From: a virus
IMG/VR virus record: IMGVR_UViG_3300021085_000009
Location: 1 to 64,000 of that record
Length of the DNA stretch: 64,000 nt
Direction: 5' to 3' (one strand)
In this document: positions 55,758-64,000 of the stretch, piece by piece
Layout of the letters: every line of letters begins with the position of its first letter
Numbering within the stretch: the stretch's first letter is position 1
Program-made: the position numbers and the translations under genes
The notes under the pieces: generated by a model
Databases searched by the model: none
What the model was told of the DNA's origin: nothing
What the model saw: only the letters and a program-made list of their open reading frames with translations

Positions 55758-58700
55758 TTTTTATTTCCTTTATTTCTTGTTTCAAGTCTTTTACTTGTTG
55801 TGTTAATTCTTTTACTGCCTCTACTAGTAATGCAGTAGTATTTCCATACTTGACACCGTATTGATCAACGTCTTCTGCATAAGTTACCAACTCAGGTGCA
55901 ACTTCATTTACGTCTTGAGCGATAAAACCAATTTCCTTTGTTTTACTTTCATCGTCAATTCTGTTATAATACACACCTTCTAGCTTATTTACTTTTTCTA
56001 AAGCATTATCTATTTGAACGATGTTTTCTTTAACTCTTCTATCAGAATACGCAGTTATATTTCCAGTTGCGTAAAATGATCCGGTTAGATAAGCTCCGTA
56101 ACTTGATGAAGTAGTCGATTCGTTAAGGCCCAAGCAATTATTGCCAACATGGAAATAGTAGTACCACCCACCACCAGATTGTCTATACGCACCTCCATTA
56201 CCAGAGCCGTCAAACATGATTGCTGCATCACCACCATTATCAAATACAATACCGTCATAACCACCTCTACTACCAGAAGTACACCAAGAGCCATAAGAAG
56301 TTACAGTATTTGCTTTAAAGGTAGCGCTGTTCGCGTTACCAATTAAATTACCTGTTAACTTCATGTTGCCTATCACATGAAGTTTCTCACTAGGATCTAT
56401 AGACTGAAAACCTGGCCCGATTCCTACGTTATTATGATCAACAACAAAGCCATCGGTAGGTCTTGAAATACTTGCAGGTTCTCCATTATATCCTGTAGCA
56501 ATGTGTATTCTACCATTTGAGTTTGCGGCCCAAATGCGAAGTTCAGCATCTGCATCATCGTGTTGTCGTATACCAGTATGCCAAGAATCAACTGCCCCAA
56601 ATACAATAGAGCCTTCATAGTTGCCAGCATTCATATTAAGTTGACCAGCAATGGTTACATTATTCAATAAACTACTAGTAGGTGGATTTAAGTAGTAAGC
56701 CGTGTTTTCATTCATATACAAATGACCGTTTGTAGTCTTTTGTAAATCCCACGACCCCCAAGTATTATCTAAGAAACCATAATTAGTGCCATCACCATAT
56801 AATTGGAATCTAAATTGATCAGATCCATTTCTGACAAGTAAACCAGCAGTTCCACTAGCATGTGTTCTAATTTCTGTATTATTGGCATTGTTTCTTCTTA
56901 GAATATGAGATTCAGAATTATCTGCTCCAACTGCTATGTATCTACATCCTGAAATATAGTTATTATTCATAACTATCTGGCCATATAACCAGTTAGTTCC
57001 GTTTGAATATACACCACTTGGATGCCATGACGCACTTCCAGTTCCACCTACGTTACCATTTCCTTGATAACCATAAGCCTGCATTCTACCATGCGTTTTT
57101 AGTGTCTGTGTACCGACGCTATTAAAATCTGTTGTTGGGCTTTTAGTAAATACTGATGAGCTCGTACTTTGTGTTACGGCCCAATCTCCGGTATAATCAA
57201 TAGAACCAACATAAAAATCATCTGCTCCTGATACACTTGATACACGAACCGTTCCATAAGACCAGCTAGATGCAGGCTCTCCAATGACCATAACTCTTTT
57301 ATTTACTGAGCCATTATTTCTCCAGCCAAAGTAGATTGGTTTGTCCATATCACCAATAACTTTTACACCAACGTTATGCCACATCGTAGAACCTGTGTTG
57401 CCGTTACCACCTGAGTTCCAGTTATGTCCACCTACAATAATCTTAGTAGCATTTTTACCACTATATTCGTATACGTCAACTTCAAAGTATAACATATCGT
57501 AGTTAGCCAATGTACCTGGTAAATCAATAACAATCTGACCAGTAGTCGTACCACTTCCAGCCCATGCTGCGGCTGCTCCAGGAATTACTCTTTTAGGATG
57601 CGTTGTGTTTCCTAATCCTATGTTACCTTCAGGGCCTACATGAATAGTACCTCTCATAACAAGGGAATTATCATTGGTTGATAGATCCATATAATAGCCA
57701 GTATCATCTATGTCATAAAATGCGGCTGATCTCATATCAGCTAATGAGCACACTCTACCGCTCGAAGCTTCTAACCAAACTCTGGCATCACCATCAGCAG
57801 CAACGTACATTCCCCAATTACCAGTATTTAATCCACCGGTTATGTATCCCGCACTTGCACTTGCATATCCAACACCATACATATTACCCAATGCAGTAGA
57901 ACTAGGATTGTAAGCAGAGCCTATGGTATAAATTGGATTTGAGTTGGTGCCATTGGAACCAACGTTATTGTATGTGCCTTCTAAATGCCCACTGTGATGT
58001 GCTAATCGAGTAAGATTGGCATTGGCGGATAAGCGTAAATCACCGGTAAGAGTCATCTCACCACTACTCATGTTTTGAATCATGGTATTTACGCCACTAG
58101 CATTTCTAAAGATAGTTTCTGACGATGATTGTATATACCAGTTATTAGCATGGTATTGCATCTTGCCTGCAACTTCACCAGACCAAGTGCCAGAGTCCTG
58201 TCTCCAATCACCTATAGTCTTTAATGAATTTCCACCTTGTGCAGACGGGTTTAAGAAGTAGGCACTATTATTTCTATCATAAAATGCATCTGCGTCGACA
58301 CTACCCACTACTTTTAAAGCAGAGAAGAACACATTTTTATAATTATCACCAGAGTAACTACCCCATCTCTGCATTCCAGACCAAGCACCTGTACCTATTG
58401 TTTCTGATAGATACAGGGGAACACCACCGCCGTGATCGTGCTTATGGAATTTATGAGCCCAAGTATTATTGTTATAAGATGAGCCACCATATCTCATGAT
58501 GAGACCTACTGTACTAGAGTTAGCACCACCTGTGTTTTCAGCTCCAACCTTTACACTAATTGAATCAAGGAACGAAGTACTGGCAGGATTTAAATAATAG
58601 TTTGCATTGTTACTGTCATAGAATGTAGATGCATATACCGATCCTGCAGAGGATATATTTCCGTTATGTCCATCCAGCCACACTCTGCCTGTGCCATTAG

Positions 58701-61338
58701 CCGCGACATACATGCCCCAGTCAGTCGCGCCGGCAAGCGCTGTATTCATCAGAGACGCACTATAAGTGGTATAACCAATACCGTACATACCACTAATCGA
58801 TGCATCTGTAGGATTATAAGAAGATCCTATAGTATAGATTGGACTTGATTTGCCACCGCTGCTCCCTACGTTATTATAGCCACCAACAAGGTGCCCAGTG
58901 TGATGGCTTAATCTGCCATATCCAGACCCCAGTGTATTATTAGAAAACCGCCATGTTTGATCTACATACATATGGCCATTATTATCTGGATGAATTTGGA
59001 ATATAGTACTACCGTTTTGGGCATACATTCGCATTCCACCTTCCCATCCGTTGGAGTGCGATTTAATAGTGAATCTTTCAGTGGCCTCTTTGACCATTTC
59101 ACCAGTACCAAGTAATGTTAAGTTAGTTGTGCCACTAACTCCGCCATCTTTGAATACAATATTTTCTCCGCCTGATGTAGCAATTCTTAAATGGCCACCT
59201 TCTTGAGCATCAATAAATCCTCTTTCAGTGGAAATACCATCACCGCTGGTTGTGTGGAATTTTATAGGAGAGCCATGGAATACATCGATACCTTGACCAA
59301 CTACTGCTCTACCTGTAGTACCCATAGTTCCGTTAGGATCTTCGTTAACTTCCATAGCAGTTGTTTCGTGAATAGTATATCCACTTGGCAATCCATTTTC
59401 AACTGATGTTGGTATTGTTGCTCTGCCCCAACCAGATCTACCAAAACCTAATTGTTTTATTTTTAGAGTATACGAGGTATTCCAGTTAGTCATATAAACT
59501 TGAAGTTTACCAGTACCGTATGTTCTGTCAGCAGTATTATATAACATACGCACTTGATTTATAGTGCGGTTACCGTGTCTTACAGCATTAAGAATTTGAA
59601 TTGAACCCTGACCATATGACCATGCCGCTTCTATTTTCACATAGTTGTGTCTGCTACTCTCATTATCATATATTTCTATAATATCGGCTTTACGAGATCC
59701 GGTAAAGTTTGCAACAGTTACCCATTGATTATTAGCGGCTCCACTTAGACTTACAGTATCTCCGCTACTTAACTCAACTCCAGCAATACTTGCATAACCT
59801 GGAATGATTGCATTACCTGCAACATTTAATGATGTTCCAGTTGATGATGGATCTAAATAATAATTAGCATTGTCAGAATCATAAAAGACTGGTGCTCGGA
59901 AAGACCCTACAGATTCTGTATAAGGAACTTCACCAAAATAGAATCTTCCACTAAGTTCTTGCATATATGCAGTTCGTGCAGTACCAGTATGGAAAGAGAT
60001 ATAAGGATTACCGGTATCGTAAACAGCAAGGTTACCTGCGCTTGTCAATGTTGAAGTTGTTCCTCCTTGTACCTTAGGAGATGCTAACATACTAACAGTA
60101 CTAAATTTTCCGGCATTATCAAGCTGAGCTTTTTCTGAAGTACCAGTAAAGAATTTTAAACTATTACGATAGTAAATGCTCATTCTATCTTGGTCTGCAA
60201 AGTTATCCCATGCTCCCTCTGTTATTCCAAGAGGGCTAGAAGTTGTAGTATCGCCGAAGTGGAGTTCTCCACCTTGAGCCATACGAATTCGTTTAATAGC
60301 ACCAGTAGAATAAGTTCCTATCTCAGTAGTATTATCTGATTTACCTGCCAAACTACCATTTACTGTTAAGTTTCCACTAATTGCAACATTAAACTGATTA
60401 AATGTAACAGAACCAGTTGAACCAGTTCCAGTTAGATCAAATTCAAAAGTATTAGACCCAGTTCCTTTAATTTCTAATGCATTATTGCCAGTATCGTATA
60501 TTACTAAAGAACCAGGTTGTGAATTAGTATGTCCTAGCATTAATGACCCATATAGCTTTGAACTACCTACAGGGTCTACATAAAAATCTGTGTTTGAAGA
60601 ATCGTAAAAGACACTAGCTCTCATGTCAGAGGCTGATGAAATTCTTGATCTTGTCGATGATACTACACCGGTATGGTCAATCTTTAAAGCAGTTTTTGAA
60701 CCTGATCCATATGAGTCTGTAGTTGAAAGATACATTTTAGTACCATAACTACCATCCGATCTTACATAGATACCTGCATGTGCATTTGTGCCATCTGATG
60801 TGTCTGAAGCGCCAAATGTAATAGCACCACCGGCGTGATCGGTAGCACTGTTTGGATCAAGGTGAAGTGACCCTGTTCCCCCGCCCTGGGTTGTCTCACT
60901 CCATACTTGAGAATAATGGAGATTTAGTTTAATCATCTCAGAAGTAGCTGCAGGATTTGTGTAATATGCTGTATTGTCAAGGTCTCTGAATGTCGTACCA
61001 TCAACACCACTTGCATTAGCTTTTAAAAAGATTAAAGCTGGATTTGCGTAACCTGTATTATCAACTTGAAGGCCTTGAGAATTAATATAAAGGGTAGAAC
61101 TATTTCCATTACCAATACGAGTCTTCCATGAGTTAATACTAGTACTAGTTATACCTTGATATAGATAGCCACCCGCTCTAACAGACATATCACCATTCAC
61201 CTCAAGCTTGAGGTTAGTAGAGTCCATTGCGGATTTAGCTTGGTTTATAGCGACGGATGGAACGCTTTGAATGTTACCACCGGCATCGACTACTAATATG
61301 CCATTAACTTCTAATCCGTCACCGGTTCTAAATGCCAT
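55747..61338 (-). CDS. Long tail fibre with C-terminal intramolecular chaperone (peptidase S74)
   Basis: G/S/N/T-rich repeats; YSDRRVKENI..GFIAQ..LLVEAVKEL. Confidence 0.88.
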   Translation of the reverse strand: MAFRTGDGLEVNGILVVDAGGNIQSVPSVAINQAKSAMDSTNLKLEVNGDMSVRAGGYLYQGITSTSINSWKTRIGNGNSSTLYINSQGLQVDNTGYANPALIFLKANASGVDGTTFRDLDNTAYYTNPAATSEMIKLNLHYSQVWSETTQGGGTGSLHLDPNSATDHAGGAITFGASDTSDGTNAHAGIYVRSDGSYGTKMYLSTTDSYGSGSKTALKIDHTGVVSSTRSRISSASDMRASVFYDSSNTDFYVDPVGSSKLYGSLMLGHTNSQPGSLVIYDTGNNALEIKGTGSNTFEFDLTGTGSTGSVTFNQFNVAISGNLTVNGSLAGKSDNTTEIGTYSTGAIKRIRMAQGGELHFGDTTTSSPLGITEGAWDNFADQDRMSIYYRNSLKFFTGTSEKAQLDNAGKFSTVSMLASPKVQGGTTSTLTSAGNLAVYDTGNPYISFHTGTARTAYMQELSGRFYFGEVPYTESVGSFRAPVFYDSDNANYYLDPSSTGTSLNVAGNAIIPGYASIAGVELSSGDTVSLSGAANNQWVTVANFTGSRKADIIEIYDNESSRHNYVKIEAAWSYGQGSIQILNAVRHGNRTINQVRMLYNTADRTYGTGKLQVYMTNWNTSYTLKIKQLGFGRSGWGRATIPTSVENGLPSGYTIHETTAMEVNEDPNGTMGTTGRAVVGQGIDVFHGSPIKFHTTSGDGISTERGFIDAQEGGHLRIATSGGENIVFKDGGVSGTTNLTLLGTGEMVKEATERFTIKSHSNGWEGGMRMYAQNGSTIFQIHPDNNGHMYVDQTWRFSNNTLGSGYGRLSHHTGHLVGGYNNVGSSGGKSSPIYTIGSSYNPTDASISGMYGIGYTTYSASLMNTALAGATDWGMYVAANGTGRVWLDGHNGNISSAGSVYASTFYDSNNANYYLNPASTSFLDSISVKVGAENTGGANSSTVGLIMRYGGSSYNNNTWAHKFHKHDHGGGVPLYLSETIGTGAWSGMQRWGSYSGDNYKNVFFSALKVVGSVDADAFYDRNNSAYFLNPSAQGGNSLKTIGDWRQDSGTWSGEVAGKMQYHANNWYIQSSSETIFRNASGVNTMIQNMSSGEMTLTGDLRLSANANLTRLAHHSGHLEGTYNNVGSNGTNSNPIYTIGSAYNPSSTALGNMYGVGYASASAGYITGGLNTGNWGMYVAADGDARVWLEASSGRVCSLADMRSAAFYDIDDTGYYMDLSTNDNSLVMRGTIHVGPEGNIGLGNTTHPKRVIPGAAAAWAGSGTTTGQIVIDLPGTLANYDMLYFEVDVYEYSGKNATKIIVGGHNWNSGGNGNTGSTMWHNVGVKVIGDMDKPIYFGWRNNGSVNKRVMVIGEPASSWSYGTVRVSSVSGADDFYVGSIDYTGDWAVTQSTSSSVFTKSPTTDFNSVGTQTLKTHGRMQAYGYQGNGNVGGTGSASWHPSGVYSNGTNWLYGQIVMNNNYISGCRYIAVGADNSESHILRRNNANNTEIRTHASGTAGLLVRNGSDQFRFQLYGDGTNYGFLDNTWGSWDLQKTTNGHLYMNENTAYYLNPPTSSLLNNVTIAGQLNMNAGNYEGSIVFGAVDSWHTGIRQHDDADAELRIWAANSNGRIHIATGYNGEPASISRPTDGFVVDHNNVGIGPGFQSIDPSEKLHVIGNMKLTGNLIGNANSATFKANTVTSYGSWCTSGSRGGYDGIVFDNGGDAAIMFDGSGNGGAYRQSGGGWYYYFHVGNNCLGLNESTTSSSYGAYLTGSFYATGNITAYSDRRVKENIVQIDNALEKVNKLEGVYYNRIDDESKTKEIGFIAQDVNEVAPELVTYAEDVDQYGVKYGNTTALLVEAVKELTQQVKDLKQEIKEIKNVK

Positions 61339-61371
61339 TTCTTAATCCTCTATTTGTATATTTCATATTAC

Positions 61372-61379
61372 TATTTATA
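61372..61379 (-). promoter_or_regulatory. T4 late promoter
   Basis: TATAAATA. Confidence 0.75.
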
Positions 61380-61389
61380 GGTAAATCCA

Positions 61390-64000
61390 CTATATCATTC
61401 TCCTAAATTTAAATATATAATTACTAGCACTGGTGGAATTGTGTGTCGCTCTTAGCTGTAGCATTAAATTGTCTCCGCCACTTGGATGTCTTAGTGTTCT
61501 TAAGAATATATTTCCGTCATTTGGCGCATGGCCTGCTCTATGCAAAGTAATTTCATCAACCTCGTTGCTATTAGTGCCGCCATTATACCAACTCATAACA
61601 CCTGAATAATATTCTTGATAATGATATCTAGGAACATCGCTATCAGCGTATATTTGTACTATATAGGTTCCAGTCGATAAATCAGTACCGTTTATTCCAG
61701 TATCTTGCCATGAAGTAGTTAATTGTGCTGAGACAGTTACTGTATATAACTGATCAACATCACTACCAGATGTCATTGTTAGACCAGTATGTTGTACATT
61801 ACCAGCAAACTTTGCACTTGTAGTTGTGTGGTTCGGATCTACATAATATGTAGTATCGTCAGAATCATAATAGACTGGCGATCTAGTCGCGTGATATATG
61901 TGAGTTCCGCTATTCCAGGTTCTAACTCCCCAACTGCCATCCGCAGATAATAGGCCAAACCCAGCAGTATCAAAATAAACATAACCTTGTAAAGCGTCGC
62001 TTCCGTTATAGTATTTAATACCACCGGTTGTTGTGTGGCCAGACTTATATCTTAGATAACTACTATTCCCTTCATCAAGAAACCGGACATCATCATTAAA
62101 ATGTAATTGATTGACATAATTTATATCGTTGTTTGCAATATGATGGCTTCTTCCCCAATGAATGTAACTAGTACTATTAGTATCATAATAGAACAACGTT
62201 GAATCAGTACCATTATTTCTTGTGTTCCACGTAAATCGATATCCTGAGTCCCAGTCCCAATGGACTCCGTATCTAATATTGTTAGTGCCACCTTCTCCAA
62301 AGTATAAATCAGAATCACCACTATCAGTAGCACCAATATGAACTATATCATTAATGTGTGTAATGTCGCCGCTTCCATTACCAAGTTGAGTATTGCCAGA
62401 AACATTTAATGTTGTAGCATTTAATGTCGAAAGAGTTAATGCATTAAATACTGAGGTACTGCCAGGGTTTGAGTAATAATTTGTATTGTCGCTATCATAA
62501 AAAATAGGAGCTCTCATTTGAGAACTTGCAATTACCGCGCCGTTATCTCCATGAATAGTTAATCGTTCTGTTGCTGTTCCAGCGTTAGAAGGTTTAAATA
62601 CTATATTTCTACTTGTAGTACCACCCTGAATAAAGAAATCAATTTGGGCATCCCATGCAGCCATACTGAATATGTTACTGCCATAGTTTATTTTACCATT
62701 CCAGTTCATATCGGTACCACCAATCTGAACTTGATTGCCGTTCCACGATACTTGAGGATTTCCACCTGTGCCTACAGCAAAATCTGCTTTACCAGAGTTA
62801 TTACCACCACCGTTAACCATAAACTTATTAACTACTGAAGTTTCAGATGGATCAGTATAATATGCTGTATTATCAGAAGAGTAATATCTTTCTGATCTTA
62901 AATTTCTTCCATAAAAATATCCATCATGATTAAATTCTGCGGTTTTTGTGAATGTGCCTCTTCCCGTTGATGATGAGGTTGTTCCATGTTTCTTCTGATA
63001 GACTTGCATTGTACCAGAACCACCAGAAAATTGACGTAACATAAACATACCAGCGTTTACATCACCTGAATAACCTGGAGTCCAAGAATCAGTCTGAGCT
63101 CCGTCATAAGTAGCATTTACCGAAAGTGTTGCAGTATTACTTCCTGTTGCACCATGTAATTTTAAGTATGAACCCAATCTAATTTCAGATGTACTATTAG
63201 ACATCACTAAATTACCAGCAATACTTGTATTACCAGTTAATGATGGATTTGCTAATGGAGCTTTTGTCGCAATACTATTAGTAACTGTTGTACTAAAGTT
63301 TGCGTCATCTCCAAGCGCCGCGGCTAATTCGTTTAGTGTGTCTAATGTAGTTGGTGCAGAATCAGTAATTGCGGCGACAATAGTTGACTGAGTTGCGTAT
63401 CCGTTATTTGAAAGGTATGTTCCTACTCTTGCATCTGTGTAGTAGAGATTAGATCCTTCTGATAAATTTCCAGTATTATGGTTGTTAAGATTAGAAGCCT
63501 GTGTTGCTGTACCAGACAATGAACCTGTAATATCACCGGTAATAGTACCAGTAACTGTAATACCAGAACCTGTAACTGCTAATTTTGTATTACCTCCAAC
63601 ATTAAAAGTTTGTCCTGATACATTAGAAGAAGCTCCATATAATATTGAGCCTCCGGCATAAGTATCAACTGGACCAATATACATTGTGTTACTACCATTG
63701 AGAATCATAGTTCTGGTATATGCACCAGCAGAATCTCTCATTCTAATAGCGGTATTATTACTTGTAAATGATAACTGACCACTCATCTCAGTAGCACCAA
63801 CATTTTTAAAATCAGCACTATTAAATGTAATGTCTCCAGTAGATGAATTTATACTTAATTGACCTGTATCATCTGTTATGCCATTTCTTGCTCTTACTGT
63901 TCCATCAAAATATGCACCTTGACTACTATTTACATAGAAATAATTGTCTGATACTAAAACAACTCCATCATTTCTAACTCTAAATAGGTCTAAACTAGAA
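61390..64000 (-). CDS. Tail fibre protein, N-terminus beyond the window
   Basis: Frame stays open from 63786 to the window edge; APTTLDTLNELAAALGDD and LSEGSNLYYTDARV fibre motifs; YYxDP repeats. Confidence 0.85.
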   Translation of the reverse strand, partial: SSLDLFRVRNDGVVLVSDNYFYVNSSQGAYFDGTVRARNGITDDTGQLSINSSTGDITFNSADFKNVGATEMSGQLSFTSNNTAIRMRDSAGAYTRTMILNGSNTMYIGPVDTYAGGSILYGASSNVSGQTFNVGGNTKLAVTGSGITVTGTITGDITGSLSGTATQASNLNNHNTGNLSEGSNLYYTDARVGTYLSNNGYATQSTIVAAITDSAPTTLDTLNELAAALGDDANFSTTVTNSIATKAPLANPSLTGNTSIAGNLVMSNSTSEIRLGSYLKLHGATGSNTATLSVNATYDGAQTDSWTPGYSGDVNAGMFMLRQFSGGSGTMQVYQKKHGTTSSSTGRGTFTKTAEFNHDGYFYGRNLRSERYYSSDNTAYYTDPSETSVVNKFMVNGGGNNSGKADFAVGTGGNPQVSWNGNQVQIGGTDMNWNGKINYGSNIFSMAAWDAQIDFFIQGGTTSRNIVFKPSNAGTATERLTIHGDNGAVIASSQMRAPIFYDSDNTNYYSNPGSTSVFNALTLSTLNATTLNVSGNTQLGNGSGDITHINDIVHIGATDSGDSDLYFGEGGTNNIRYGVHWDWDSGYRFTWNTRNNGTDSTLFYYDTNSTSYIHWGRSHHIANNDINYVNQLHFNDDVRFLDEGNSSYLRYKSGHTTTGGIKYYNGSDALQGYVYFDTAGFGLLSADGSWGVRTWNSGTHIYHATRSPVYYDSDDTTYYVDPNHTTTSAKFAGNVQHTGLTMTSGSDVDQLYTVTVSAQLTTSWQDTGINGTDLSTGTYIVQIYADSDVPRYHYQEYYSGVMSWYNGGTNSNEVDEITLHRAGHAPNDGNIFLRTLRHPSGGDNLMLQLRATHNSTSASNYIFKFRRMI

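Noticed and set aside
670-62838. Numerous plus-strand ORFs in the supplied track (e.g. 25883-26383, 45887-46309, 48250-48672)
   Set aside because: All lie antisense to well-supported minus-strand genes, lack SD sequences and have the Ser/Leu/Phe-rich composition typical of shadow ORFs.
55747-64000. Diversity-generating retroelement or shufflon acting on the tail fibres
   Set aside because: No reverse transcriptase or invertase in the window; the duplicated module differs at all base types rather than only adenines.
1-64000. tRNA or rRNA genes
   Set aside because: No intergenic gap showed a recognisable cloverleaf or T-loop by eye; tRNAscan-SE would be needed to exclude them formally.

Overview
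AT-rich (roughly one-third GC by eye) segment of a T4-like myovirus genome, most similar in gene content to marine T4-like phages. The host is Gram-negative (spanins) and possibly a gammaproteobacterium (bS21 type). Essentially all genes lie on the minus strand. Reading in the direction of transcription (right to left): two long repeat-rich tail fibres; the canonical neck/terminase/tail/head module (gp13-gp23, gp3); uvsY, uvsW, gp55, gp47, gp46; a vWA/MoxR pair; the replisome (gp45, gp44, gp62, regA, gp43) with hsp20; a cytosine hypermodification cluster (gp42-like dCMP hydroxymethylase, dCMP deaminase, glycosyltransferase, atypical C5-MTase-fold protein, sugar-nucleotide epimerase and dehydrogenase); bS21, uvsX, gp41 and thyX; small early genes; then an ~11-kb late operon followed by spanins. 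In that operon at least 12 proteins start with a T4 internal-protein-like capsid-targeting sequence (MKxFKx..E), including ligase-like, HIGH-nucleotidyltransferase, kinase and nuclease-like enzymes. Regulatory grammar is visible directly: TGTACA-N17-TATAAT promoters (nine on the minus strand plus one lone antisense copy on the plus strand) and TATAAATA late promoters. All product calls come from motif recognition and synteny, not database searches.
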